DNA of 64,000 nucleotides, from positions 1 through 64,000 of the forward strand of contig CAXXSM010000012.1 in assembly GCA_963663405.2 (NCBI GenBank), read 5' to 3'. Of the stretch, positions 1 through 10,271 are shown in pieces; the stretch's first letter is position 1; every line of letters begins with the position of its first letter. Source of the stretch: a bacterium. Its GTDB lineage: Bacteria > Hinthialibacterota > Hinthialibacteria > Hinthialibacterales > Hinthialibacteraceae. Below the pieces are notes generated by a model. The model worked only from the letters and a program-made list of their open reading frames with translations, ran no database searches and was not told the DNA's origin. Made by a program: the position numbers and the translations under genes.

Positions 1-688
1 CGACCTCCCGGTTCTCTATATGGGCGTATCCTTTTTTCAACAGAGCGCTGGCGAGGATGGGGTGACTCGGAAATTCGCGTTCGAGTTGGGTATAGGTTTG
101 GATCGCCAGGTTCCAATCGCGGTTTCGGAAATGACATTCTCCCACCCAATATAGACAACGGGACTTGATCACCGGTTTTTCCGCGTATCGGTACGCCAAT
201 AAAAATCCCTCAGCCGCCGTAGTATATTCCCCATTGTTGTAATTCGCGTAGGCGTTGCGAAAGAGTTCATCCGCGTCAGAGGTTCCCCGCACAGGCTGCG
301 TTGATTCAGCTACTTCTTGTGCGGGGACAGCGCTGAAGTCAAGAGGTGTGGATTCAATATCACCCGGTGTGCCTGGATGGAGTTCCGCCGATTGTTTGAC
401 GATTCGTGTTCGATCTTCGCTGATCGGCGTTTCCATTTCTACAGTATTATAAATTTCGGAGAGTATTTTTTGCCGTTTGCCCCACTCGCTGCGATGTTCC
501 CGGTCAACGATTTCGATCTGTTCATTCATTTGCGCTACATCTTCATGCATTATTACAATAGGATTTGATGAATGAGAACAACAATACATAGATAAGATAA
601 GGGAAATGAACAACGCATTCCTGATAAATAATACAGATTTTTTTCTTATGCGAACCTTGCCGCTATTGAATAGTAAAAGGAGATTCAT
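1..688 (-). CDS. TPR-containing lipoprotein, CpoB/YbgF-like (3' end runs off window)
   Basis: Not in ORF track because it is truncated. Manual translation from ATG at 688 gives MNLLLLFNSGKVRIRKKSVLFIRNALFISLILSMYCC (lipoprotein-like signal), later ADELFRNAYANYNNGEYTTAAEGF...LYWVGECHFRNRDWNLAIQTYTQLEREFPSHPILASALLKKG, the CpoB-type TPR pattern. Open to position 1. Confidence 0.75.
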   Translation of the reverse strand, partial: MNLLLLFNSGKVRIRKKSVLFIRNALFISLILSMYCCSHSSNPIVIMHEDVAQMNEQIEIVDREHRSEWGKRQKILSEIYNTVEMETPISEDRTRIVKQSAELHPGTPGDIESTPLDFSAVPAQEVAESTQPVRGTSDADELFRNAYANYNNGEYTTAAEGFLLAYRYAEKPVIKSRCLYWVGECHFRNRDWNLAIQTYTQLEREFPSHPILASALLKKGYAHIENREV

Positions 689-689
689 A

Positions 690-1988
690 TCACAAACCCT
701 CACCTTGATTTTTCAGAAACGCCTCGTCCCGATTGACCGGTATGGCCTGTATGGGAGAGCCATCCGGGAGTCCTCCGACGTCTGAAAGGATAACTGAATC
801 CCCTTCCATAAGTCCGGATCGAACTTCCACCCGTTCCCCATACCGTTTTCCCGTCTGGATGTGAACTCGTTTTATTGCTCCATCTTGGGCGAGCGTAACG
901 ATTTCATCTTCTCCATAAATATAAATAGCATCCTTTGGGATAGCAAGCGAGGGGATGGGTTTAGGAAATAGAGTCACTTGGGCGAACATCCCCACCAGAA
1001 GCCGGTCCTCTGGATTTGGAACATTGATTTTAACCGGCAGAGAACGAGTTACTGGATCTAAAACCACACCAACCGCCTCAATCGATCCTTCGAATGTAAC
1101 ATCCGGATACGAAAGAGCGCGGATCTCCGCTCTGAGACCTTGTGTCACAGCGGCGACGTCCGCTTCGGCCACATACGCTTCCACCCAGATAGGATCAAGG
1201 CTCTGCAATTGAAACAGAGGGCGCCCGATAGGAATCCATTCTCCCCGTTCAATGTATTTTTTCCCGATTCGTCCCGTTAGCGGAGCTCGGATGAAGGCGT
1301 AATCATATTGTATATCAGCCAAATCAAAAGCAGCGCGCGCCGCGTCCACTTGAGCTTCGATTTGGGTGATCTCTTCGGCGCGGAATCCTTCCAGCGCGAG
1401 TTGATAGGCGGCGGACGCTCGATCAAGGTCCGCTTTCGCGATTTGGAGGCGTGTTTGAAAATCTAGGTAGTCAGATTTCCGGATCATATCCGCGCTGCGA
1501 AGCCGTTCTTGACGTTCGATATCCAATTGCAGCCTTTTATAAGCGGCGTTCGCTGATTCCAATTGAGACGCGGCTTGTTTGACTTCATCGTCCCGGAAAC
1601 CCGCTTTTAACTTCGCCAGTTGGGCGAGAATGGATTTATGATTGGCGCGGGCCTTGTCACGTTGCGCTTTCAATTCTCTTGTGTCGAATTGGGCGAGAAG
1701 AGTTCCCTCTTTGACCCAGTCTCCTTCGTTTACATAGATCCGTTCAATCGAGGCGGAAATCTTCGCGCTAAGAGTGGTTTCACGCCGCGCGGCGCAGACG
1801 CCCTGAATCTGGATAGGCCAAGTGATTGGTCTTTTATGAACGTTGAACACTTCAGCCTGTGTGACACGGATTTCCAGTTGAGAAAGCGGTGATTGAACCG
1901 CCCCGGCGTTTTCTTCCCCACAGCCTTTAATGAATAGGGAAAGAATAAGTATTCCGAAAGACGCAATCCAGATAGATTTCTGGTTCAT
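690..1988 (-). CDS. Efflux RND/ABC periplasmic adaptor (membrane fusion protein), lipoprotein
   Basis: Lipobox IKGC; lipoyl-like motifs IERIYVNEGDWVKEGTLLAQFD and IRAPLTGRI; long coiled-coil hairpin; beta-barrel LDPVTRSLPVK...LLVGMFAQV. Confidence 0.9.
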   Translation of the reverse strand: MNQKSIWIASFGILILSLFIKGCGEENAGAVQSPLSQLEIRVTQAEVFNVHKRPITWPIQIQGVCAARRETTLSAKISASIERIYVNEGDWVKEGTLLAQFDTRELKAQRDKARANHKSILAQLAKLKAGFRDDEVKQAASQLESANAAYKRLQLDIERQERLRSADMIRKSDYLDFQTRLQIAKADLDRASAAYQLALEGFRAEEITQIEAQVDAARAAFDLADIQYDYAFIRAPLTGRIGKKYIERGEWIPIGRPLFQLQSLDPIWVEAYVAEADVAAVTQGLRAEIRALSYPDVTFEGSIEAVGVVLDPVTRSLPVKINVPNPEDRLLVGMFAQVTLFPKPIPSLAIPKDAIYIYGEDEIVTLAQDGAIKRVHIQTGKRYGERVEVRSGLMEGDSVILSDVGGLPDGSPIQAIPVNRDEAFLKNQGEGL

Positions 1989-2276
1989 TCACCGTCCAAC
2001 CAAATATAAGAATAAAACGTTCCTAGCCTGCCCATGTAAAAAGAGGCTCTACTTAACATTAAGTAATAACGTTTTTTTTAACAAACAGATACGGATTGAT
2101 TTAATTAATTTCGGCCCTAGAAAAGGGGACAATTTGATTATTGAATTATAATAGATGGAAAATCAGATCGAAAGTCTTCTATCCATGAGTAAGAACGAGT
2201 GAGGAAATTGTTATAATGCGTGGCGTAATTTCCGATTTTCAAGTGTCTCAAGAATAAGGTTTGAATCCCGTTCAAC

Positions 2277-2306
2277 TTGACAGCAACCCTAAGCGCATTA
2301 TATATT
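2277..2306 (+). promoter_or_regulatory. Sigma70-type promoter upstream of giant secreted protein
   Basis: TTGACA (2277-2282) with TATATA/TATATT 16-18 bp downstream. Confidence 0.5.
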
Positions 2307-2581
2307 TACGTTGGGACGTATAAAGTCCGTTCCAAGGTATAAACGCAGTAACAACCTTATTTTTTTTATGTTATGGCTGAATGACGGCTTTGGTCCTCGT
2401 GATGGGGTATCTATATTTTTATGTTATTAGCATAAAAAAATGGCCGTTTAGAGATGTACGGAACTAAATTTAATGCTTGCTAAAAGAGAAAATGCGCGAA
2501 CAATGTTCGCCCTTTTATTCTGTATCAAATCGTTTACGAAACTCCCCTCGGGGCATCCCATTATTCTCAGTGAGGAATAGC

Positions 2582-5500
2582 ATGATACACACAAGACGAA
2601 GACGCTGGCTTGGATTATTAATTGGCATTTTATGCTCGATGACTTTATTCGCTGACACCCCACAGCGGGCATGGGGACAGGACGTTATTCCCACCGGTAT
2701 TTCGCCTCTCTCCAGCCGGGTTGCGGTGCTCAGCTTTCCTTTATCCGTCTATCCATTTAATGAACCGAATTCACTCCCCCATTTCCGGCGGCAGGAATTG
2801 GTCCAAGTTACTGTTAAATTTGAAGATCAGTCCCCAGAAGGGCAGAGTCTCAATATCTCCGAAGATTTCCTTCCTCTGGCCGCTTCCGCTCTCTCCAGTG
2901 GAATCGCCCTATTCGGTGAAAGCGGAGCTCAGCCGGATGGATTTAATTACGCGATCGGTGACAGCAATCAAGATACGCCAATCGATTTGTTGGAAAAACC
3001 GACAGTCCGGGCCGCCGATGATGGTTCCAGCAGTTTCTTCGTGACATTGAAAGCGAAAACGGGAACCGAGACCACGCAGTTGAAATATTTTAACGATCAC
3101 CTGCCGGACTTCTACATCGTTGTCCAAACAAGTTTGGATATACTTCAAGGCGACCGGTTTGAAGTCTCCATTCCCGCTAATGGTATACAGATTGAAGATA
3201 TGTACGAGCCGTTAGTGGATAACACACTTTATGATGACGTGTTTCCTGGCGGCGCATTTTACGATCTCAACCCAGTTTTCGCTGAACGGGCGGTGTTTGA
3301 AGGCGATATAGTTCAGATCGTCAGCGTGTATAAAGATGTCGATAACACAAACCGCATCGTCGCCAGTTCGGAACCCACAAGCGTTTTGGGCCTTGATCTC
3401 GTCGGCCGCGAAGATGTCGAATATTTCGTCGAAGAGATCCGGGTCAATTGGATCGGCCTGAATCTCGGAGCCGTTTCCCGCTTGATTGCGAATCTTTCAC
3501 AAGGGGATTACCTCGGTGGTCAGCTTGCGGGTATGGATGCCGCGGCTCCTGGACCAAGCCCACTAGAACAATCAAACTGGTACCCAACCTTCTTTTATAG
3601 CCCTTGGTTCTATAATTTCCCCACCAACGCTGAAACCGGTGAATGGTTGCTTGAAACGCGATTGACGGCTGATGGAGAAGAATATCAATTTCCAATGACC
3701 ATGCCTCTCGATTGGTATGGTTTCCCCCGATACAACTTCTATCTCGGCAGTGATAATGTCAGCACCAATATTATGAATTTTCACGGTTTCCCCGCACGGG
3801 AGGCGTTCGCCGAATCAAGAAATCCAAAAGTGATCGCCTGGGATATTTTTAAAGACTTTAATCCCAGTAAAGCAGGCGGTGTGTTCGCCTATCGGGAATT
3901 AGGTGGAACAAAGGGAAAATACGATCCTAATGTCGACCATTTGATCAAATTGGATCCCAAAAAATTCCGGATTGAACCGTATACAATCTCACCGGATGAA
4001 GTGCAATCCGCCACCTCTCCGTTGCGGCCTATTCTCCGGCGTTTGGTTCCGGGTGTTATCGGTGGTTCCGGCGCCAAGGAAATCGGTCTATTCCTTTTTG
4101 GAGACGATAACTTGGCCACATCATTGATGGGAGTGACAGCGTTGCCTGATCCCGTTCCTGAAGGCCGCCCCCCAATGGGATCGTTGGATTGTTACATGGA
4201 TCCAGACTGTCTCTTCTTTGATTTAATGATCAATGTGTTAAGGCCTTATCTCGGATTAACGGAAGGACAGATCCGGTATCTGTTTGAATATACAGAAGCT
4301 AACGGGCGCACAAACTCATATGAGCTTTTCAATGATGAAATGATTAAAGGATTCACATTTGTCATGCCCGTCGCCCGTGAAAATGCGTTGAGTGATTTGA
4401 AAGTGCCCGCCGCTCGTACCGGGGATGCCGCTGGTCCCGATATTTATATCAGCGTTCAGACCAGTGACAAATTACGGGCGCTTGACTCCTTCATCCCATT
4501 CATTCAGCCGAATGATATTAAAATTGGAACCAATGTTACAAACTTCACTAAGAACGATCCTACAGACGTGAATTCGTTGAAATCCGTATCCAGTATTGGC
4601 GTTGGACGAGCGAACACGGGAACGACCTATTCCCTTATTGGCCGTCCAAAACCCCGCTTCCAATTCCAGGATCTTACACAACCCGGCGAAGGAATCGACG
4701 CCAGCAATAACAACATTCTGTATGACGGCTCCATGAGTTCCCCACCCAAAGCGGTGATCGGTATTGATGTGACGGACTTTGGACAGAATGCGAACTTAGT
4801 GATTAATTATCAATCCATTGATGGTTATCTCTTTGATACATTCATGACCGAAAACACCGTGTTGGGAGATATGCACATTGATTTCCTTCCCGGCCCCAAT
4901 TCTCTCGTTCTGAATCCGGCGATTTTAGGTGTTTTACCTTATCAAGTGGGAGTCGATCTTCCATTCAGTTCCATTATCTCCGACCACAGCATCGCGATTT
5001 ACATGGACGATGACACTCCTCCCGGCGATGGACGCGACACGGACGGAGATGGATTGATCGATGAAGAACTCTACAACTTGATCGATGATGACAGTGATGG
5101 CTTGATCGATGAAGACCTGGGCGATAATACGCCGGCTGGAATCAACGGCGTTCATGATCCCGAAGACCGTTTCCTTCCACGCTATACGGATAATGGCGGT
5201 TTAACCCAGGATTTCAGCATGAGCTATGTATTCCCACCGAACGATCAAACAAAATTCCAAGATTTTATTGATGAAATTCAACCAGTAGACGATCCATTGA
5301 CAATCACGGATGAAGGTCTCATCCCTTACGATATCACCGAAGGAAGCTGGTTCGCGTCACTCGATTTCCGGGCGCTAAGTTATGACAACTATACCATGAG
5401 CCGGGGCTTGATCTTTTCCAGTGGCTCCATTCCTTTCGATCCTACGGCTGGCCCTCCTTATGCGGATCCCATCTACAATCAAGGGATTCCTTATAATATT

Positions 5501-8500
5501 GAAACCTTCACCGGTATGATAGAATTTCTCACAGCGATCCGCGCCCGTGGTTTTGATACCTTCCCGTATTATCCAGACGATCTTTTTGTCGAAGATCCAG
5601 AGACAGGCGACATCATATGGCTCTTAGATTTTGTAGCGAACGCCGATACGGATATTCCTCGAAGAGACGATCCTGATGGTGATCCTCCCCGCACCTGGGC
5701 GCTTTCTTTAGCTGCGGGATTGCGCATCCCCAATCCGGCTCGCGGTTTTGCCCGGATCGGTATGGTGCCCCTCGTCACGGGCGTTACAGGGGATAACGTG
5801 AATGCGCAAGATCCACAGGGCGACAATATTGTTGAGGGGGGCATCAATCAATTCGGTCTGATGATCTCCGTCGCGGAAGCGCAGCAGATCGGTGAGTATG
5901 TTAATACGGTCGTGGATACTTTAACGAACGCGTACGAAACAGCCTATACGACGAAAGAAGATTTCGAAACAGCCGTCGAAGAAGCCATCGCGGCGGCGGA
6001 TGAAGCGAACGCAGAATTGGAGCCAGGCGATGAAGAAGTAGAACCTGAATTCCCAGACCTGCCCGAACCGCAGGAAGTGTCGGTCACAAGACCGGCCAGC
6101 ACATTAGGAATTGAATCATTTCTTGAAACAAACAACGGATTGTACGACACCAATTATCAATATCAGATTCAGCTGCCGGATGAGAATCTCGGTCCCTTGC
6201 GTGGAAACGATTTCTTTGTCGTGCTTCGCGCCGCCGATGAAGCGCGCGTAGGAGAAAGTTTCCGTGTCCGCATCCGATCGGGTGAGCGGAACGCGTTCAT
6301 CACAACAATCGACGATCAAGACGGAACAGTAACGACAATCGACGCGCCGGAAGGTGGAATCGGTTATCAGTCCTTTATTGAGACCAGCTACCGGGAAGAA
6401 TTCCGCAATGTCAGCAAAGCGCAGATCACGACGGAAGAAATCGTTGTGCGCAGCCAAAACGTGGCGCCTTCCCTGCGGTTCACTTCGCCGGGTCCCGGTT
6501 TGAACTTGGCGTCGGATGAATTGGAATTCGTGATTACCTTCACCGCGTCTGATCCCGACAATGTGGCGCAGATTCAACTGTACGTCGACGACGACAGCCT
6601 TGGATTTAACGGCACATTTATTCCAGGAGCCCTATTACGGGAGGGATTTGACACTCAATTTACCTTGGACATGACCAGCATTCCCAACTTCGATCCTCTC
6701 AAAAAATATTACGTTTATGGGCGGATTGATGATAATGTGAATCCCGCGGGGTATTTTTACGCCGGTGGAGCAATCCAAACCCCCGCGTCTGTCAGCGAAG
6801 ATGAAGGTGGTGGTGATAGTATTGTTGTCGTAGATGATCTCGCGAATCCTCTTGATTACATGAAAATGACCCAGGATGGCCGGACATTCAGCCTGGGGAA
6901 CGCTCCTTCCTTCGCCCAAGTGTCATCCGTGACAAGAGTCGTGGATATGGAACTGACGCCAACCGTTTCGGGTGAGATTCTTCTTCTTGCGAATGGCAAC
7001 GTTGTTGGCAATGGAGATACAGGGATCTTCCTGAACTACATGCAGCCGAACGGTGAATTGAGCTTCTCCGATGCGGAAACCGTATTTTACAATTCAACGA
7101 CGGGTGATTTAATCACCGGTCCAACCGATCAGATCTCCATCGAAAGCGCGCGTGACGTCGAAGTTGATTTCGAAGCCGGCGCCATTTACGTACTCGACGG
7201 AGATGGAGATATGCTCTTCCTGGGGAAAGCCAATACTAACCTGCGTCCCGCTGGTCTTGGCATGGACCTCTACCGCGACATGGAGCTCTCACCAGATGGT
7301 AATCATATGTATTTCCTAAGTGGAAACGGGATTCTTTCTACTGCGGGACCCGCCCCAATTGGAGCGTGGAGTAATCTTATCGCTGAGGATAAATATCGCG
7401 ATATGAGCTTAATCGTGGATGGAGCTGCGGTTACCAACATTGTAATCACGGACGATGACGGCAATCTAACCATCCTTGGTTCGAACAACAGTGTTAAAAC
7501 CGCGCTTTCCCAATTGACGATCCCCGATGACATCGAAGCGGGAACTGTCCGGCAAGTCAAAACATTTCCAGATAATAAGTCAATTCTTCTGCTCGTTCAG
7601 GGAAGCGGTAAAGTGACCGTTCTCCATCCAGAATCAATGGAATTAGAAATTCCATCGGATGGATTCGTCTTCGCCGATTCACCCGGACTCGATGACGATC
7701 AGATCGTGGATGTTGAAACAACTTCGATTAATATTCAATCCGTCGTCAAGGCTGTAAATGATATCCTGAAAGGCTTTGAGAACGAGAATGTCGCCCAAAT
7801 TATGGCGTACGTCTCACCCAATTACAAAGATAAGACAGGAGCGGACGCAAAAGCCCTTCAGAAATCATTGGAAGCGTTCTTCGCCTTCTATGAAGTCGAA
7901 AGTTATAGTATATCCCGCTCGAATACAGACTCCTTCACAATAACAACGCAAGGTGATATTGCAACCGCGCAAGTATTGATTGACATCAGCGTCTTCTATC
8001 CACGAATGGAATATCTCATTCCAGACGTTGAATCGTCAGGTCAGACAATCGCTCTTGAAACGATGGGGCAGTTCCTCTTCCAGGGATCCTATGTGCCCTT
8101 TGATCAAACCATCCGGATCCGCGAAGTGTCGGATGGCCGCGCGTGGAGAATACAACTCTGGGAATTGCGCAATTTTGGACGTCAGACACAGGATTTGATT
8201 GATCAACAAGAGGTGACCGAATACGATGATCTTCACTTCCTGATGACACAATCAGAAGCGGATTTGATCTCATATTATCAACCGAAATCCGAATCCGCCG
8301 AAAGTCCAATCTACGTCAGTATTGATGTCAATGAAAACGATCCTTTACAGCCATATAACATCCTCGCCGTAATGGAAGAACTGTTTTACCGGCGTGATTA
8401 CGCGCCACCCGCGTTTGAATTTACGACTTATACAGGAGCCTTCATGGCGGCCGTCGGTTTCGATCAATCAACCTTTAAGCTCCAACGCATGGATGATGGC

Positions 8501-9064
8501 TCATACAAGTTGGTTAGCATGAACTTCCGGCAGCTCATCTCTCAGAACGACCAAGACTTTGGATTGGGAGACACGGGAGGGCAGCAGGAATCGCCACTCA
8601 GCACGTTGGATGGATTGGAAGTGGAAAATCCGTTTGGATTTAGTTTCACTAACCGTGGACCCGTTCTAACCGCTTTTACAGGTGACGCGGATCTCGTCTA
8701 TGCGGCGGATGGTTTGGAAGTCACGTCTTCGCGGGGAGCGATTATGATGCTTCCCGAAGGGACGGATATCAATTCGATCAATCCTTCTACATTCTTCGAT
8801 ACCATTTCACGGGCCGTTGTGAGAACCAATCCATACGATCCCGCGAATCAAGGAGGAGCCGCAGGTGGACAAACTGGATTTTCCGCGTCGATTCCTGACG
8901 GTGGAGGACGGGCTTACTTCATCATCGCCCGGGATGGAAAACATTATGGTTTCATTCAGATTCCCACTTTTAATGGCGCTAGCGATCCGACACAATTAGA
9001 TCCACCGATGATCTATTTCGATTTCCGGTTTGAAGATTCATTCATTCTTCCGTCTGGATTCTAA
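2582..9064 (+). CDS. Giant (about 2,160 aa) acidic secreted/surface protein with repeated modules, Ca-binding-like DxDGDG repeats, Ig-like and beta-propeller-like regions
   Basis: ORF 2477-9064; likely start ATG 2582 gives signal peptide MIHTRRRRWLGLLIGILCSMTLFA; DTDGDGLIDEE/DDDSDGLIDED; RDMEL-type propeller blades. Confidence 0.8.
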   Translation: MIHTRRRRWLGLLIGILCSMTLFADTPQRAWGQDVIPTGISPLSSRVAVLSFPLSVYPFNEPNSLPHFRRQELVQVTVKFEDQSPEGQSLNISEDFLPLAASALSSGIALFGESGAQPDGFNYAIGDSNQDTPIDLLEKPTVRAADDGSSSFFVTLKAKTGTETTQLKYFNDHLPDFYIVVQTSLDILQGDRFEVSIPANGIQIEDMYEPLVDNTLYDDVFPGGAFYDLNPVFAERAVFEGDIVQIVSVYKDVDNTNRIVASSEPTSVLGLDLVGREDVEYFVEEIRVNWIGLNLGAVSRLIANLSQGDYLGGQLAGMDAAAPGPSPLEQSNWYPTFFYSPWFYNFPTNAETGEWLLETRLTADGEEYQFPMTMPLDWYGFPRYNFYLGSDNVSTNIMNFHGFPAREAFAESRNPKVIAWDIFKDFNPSKAGGVFAYRELGGTKGKYDPNVDHLIKLDPKKFRIEPYTISPDEVQSATSPLRPILRRLVPGVIGGSGAKEIGLFLFGDDNLATSLMGVTALPDPVPEGRPPMGSLDCYMDPDCLFFDLMINVLRPYLGLTEGQIRYLFEYTEANGRTNSYELFNDEMIKGFTFVMPVARENALSDLKVPAARTGDAAGPDIYISVQTSDKLRALDSFIPFIQPNDIKIGTNVTNFTKNDPTDVNSLKSVSSIGVGRANTGTTYSLIGRPKPRFQFQDLTQPGEGIDASNNNILYDGSMSSPPKAVIGIDVTDFGQNANLVINYQSIDGYLFDTFMTENTVLGDMHIDFLPGPNSLVLNPAILGVLPYQVGVDLPFSSIISDHSIAIYMDDDTPPGDGRDTDGDGLIDEELYNLIDDDSDGLIDEDLGDNTPAGINGVHDPEDRFLPRYTDNGGLTQDFSMSYVFPPNDQTKFQDFIDEIQPVDDPLTITDEGLIPYDITEGSWFASLDFRALSYDNYTMSRGLIFSSGSIPFDPTAGPPYADPIYNQGIPYNIETFTGMIEFLTAIRARGFDTFPYYPDDLFVEDPETGDIIWLLDFVANADTDIPRRDDPDGDPPRTWALSLAAGLRIPNPARGFARIGMVPLVTGVTGDNVNAQDPQGDNIVEGGINQFGLMISVAEAQQIGEYVNTVVDTLTNAYETAYTTKEDFETAVEEAIAAADEANAELEPGDEEVEPEFPDLPEPQEVSVTRPASTLGIESFLETNNGLYDTNYQYQIQLPDENLGPLRGNDFFVVLRAADEARVGESFRVRIRSGERNAFITTIDDQDGTVTTIDAPEGGIGYQSFIETSYREEFRNVSKAQITTEEIVVRSQNVAPSLRFTSPGPGLNLASDELEFVITFTASDPDNVAQIQLYVDDDSLGFNGTFIPGALLREGFDTQFTLDMTSIPNFDPLKKYYVYGRIDDNVNPAGYFYAGGAIQTPASVSEDEGGGDSIVVVDDLANPLDYMKMTQDGRTFSLGNAPSFAQVSSVTRVVDMELTPTVSGEILLLANGNVVGNGDTGIFLNYMQPNGELSFSDAETVFYNSTTGDLITGPTDQISIESARDVEVDFEAGAIYVLDGDGDMLFLGKANTNLRPAGLGMDLYRDMELSPDGNHMYFLSGNGILSTAGPAPIGAWSNLIAEDKYRDMSLIVDGAAVTNIVITDDDGNLTILGSNNSVKTALSQLTIPDDIEAGTVRQVKTFPDNKSILLLVQGSGKVTVLHPESMELEIPSDGFVFADSPGLDDDQIVDVETTSINIQSVVKAVNDILKGFENENVAQIMAYVSPNYKDKTGADAKALQKSLEAFFAFYEVESYSISRSNTDSFTITTQGDIATAQVLIDISVFYPRMEYLIPDVESSGQTIALETMGQFLFQGSYVPFDQTIRIREVSDGRAWRIQLWELRNFGRQTQDLIDQQEVTEYDDLHFLMTQSEADLISYYQPKSESAESPIYVSIDVNENDPLQPYNILAVMEELFYRRDYAPPAFEFTTYTGAFMAAVGFDQSTFKLQRMDDGSYKLVSMNFRQLISQNDQDFGLGDTGGQQESPLSTLDGLEVENPFGFSFTNRGPVLTAFTGDADLVYAADGLEVTSSRGAIMMLPEGTDINSINPSTFFDTISRAVVRTNPYDPANQGGAAGGQTGFSASIPDGGGRAYFIIARDGKHYGFIQIPTFNGASDPTQLDPPMIYFDFRFEDSFILPSGF

Positions 9065-9090
9065 ACATTAACATATGGGTAAAACGAGAG

Positions 9091-9126
9091 ACGGCGCTTC
9101 CTCTGGGAAGCGCCGTTACTTTTTTT
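9091..9126 (+). terminator. Rho-independent terminator
   Basis: Stem ACGGCGCTTCC/GGAAGCGCCGT, 4-nt loop, followed by T-run. Confidence 0.85.
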
Positions 9127-9312
9127 ATTGCAATTCGTATGAATCTACATGCTTTGTATTGATTCCGGTTTCTAACACGCGCCCGCCACCGATAAAGGAT
9201 TGAATCAAGTGGAAAGTATCTTTGGGCTGTTCGGGAATCAAACCCCGTGATAAAATGACATAAAAACCGGATGATATCAACTCAACTGTTTCTGTTTGAA
9301 AGGAAATCCAGA

Positions 9313-10239
9313 ATGCGCGCCGTTTTGATCTTTGCTACGTGTCTCATTGTCGCAGCCGTGGTAGTAGGCGTGGTTCTTTTTGCGCCCGCTCCAACGGAAG
9401 AACAAATCGTTGTGAGCCGGATCGAATTAGAACGTCCCCCTCAACCGGTTTTACAAAGCGATCCTGGAGCCAGGCATATTCTTGACTTTTTCCCTGAACT
9501 CCCCGATCCTGCGCCACAAGCGGACTCTCCCAGCGTGGAAAGTCAATCCCCCCAGCCGCAAACTTCCTCCAGTGGAACCTCTCAATTTTCTAAAGAGATG
9601 GATCGGAACCGTCTGCTCTCTCTCATTGAGGATTGGGTTTATGTGAATTACACGCAGGTCGGTTCAACGAAATTAGGTCAAATCCACCGGACGCGTGAGA
9701 AAAAAATGTTCGATATCTTTGAAGGAACGAAGTTTGATAACGGCATCGTTGTGGCGGCTCTGAACAATGACGCAGTAACTCTGCAGCTCGGGGAAGCGAC
9801 GTATGATATGCGCCTGGCTATTGAGCCGTCTTTTTACGCGGATCTCAAAGATAAGACGCGCCCCATTACGCCGGAAGAACAAAAGGAAGCGTTTGAATAC
9901 TATATGAGACGGTTTGGCGATAAGTTCAAAGCCAATTCTAAAGGATACACCCCTCCGGCTGGCATGAAAAATCCTACGCGTTCGACCAAAGAATCACGGG
10001 AACAGGGATTAAAGGAATACATGGAACGGTATGGAGATCAATTTAGAAAAGAAACAAAACAGTACCCCGTTCAGTTCAATTACCCCGCCCAACAGAAAGA
10101 ACTGTACCAAAAATATTGGGAAAAATTTCATTCAGGACTTCCCATGCCGGATTTTGATCAAGTGTTGGGCGGTCAAAATCAACTCGGTCCCGGCGCTCGA
10201 ACGCAGTCATCAGCTCAGTCTTCCGGCGGTTCGCAATAA
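9313..10239 (+). CDS. Membrane-anchored hypothetical protein with GspC/PilP-like HR segment
   Basis: N-terminal TM helix, Pro/Ser linker, then GTKFDNGIVVAALNNDAVTLQLGEATYDMRL resembling the GspC HR beta-domain; start ATG 9313 (ORF track 9271). Confidence 0.55.
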   Translation: MRAVLIFATCLIVAAVVVGVVLFAPAPTEEQIVVSRIELERPPQPVLQSDPGARHILDFFPELPDPAPQADSPSVESQSPQPQTSSSGTSQFSKEMDRNRLLSLIEDWVYVNYTQVGSTKLGQIHRTREKKMFDIFEGTKFDNGIVVAALNNDAVTLQLGEATYDMRLAIEPSFYADLKDKTRPITPEEQKEAFEYYMRRFGDKFKANSKGYTPPAGMKNPTRSTKESREQGLKEYMERYGDQFRKETKQYPVQFNYPAQQKELYQKYWEKFHSGLPMPDFDQVLGGQNQLGPGARTQSSAQSSGGSQ

Positions 10240-10271
10240 ACCATCTATGATTTCAAAGGAGTATTTGCAGA

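Noticed and set aside
2322-2338. c-di-GMP-I riboswitch (GGGACG..AAAG) and a 12-bp match TCCGTTCCAAGG shared with about 11752
   Set aside because: Lacks the GCAAA/GNRA P2 architecture; a single 12-mer match is expected by chance in 64 kb
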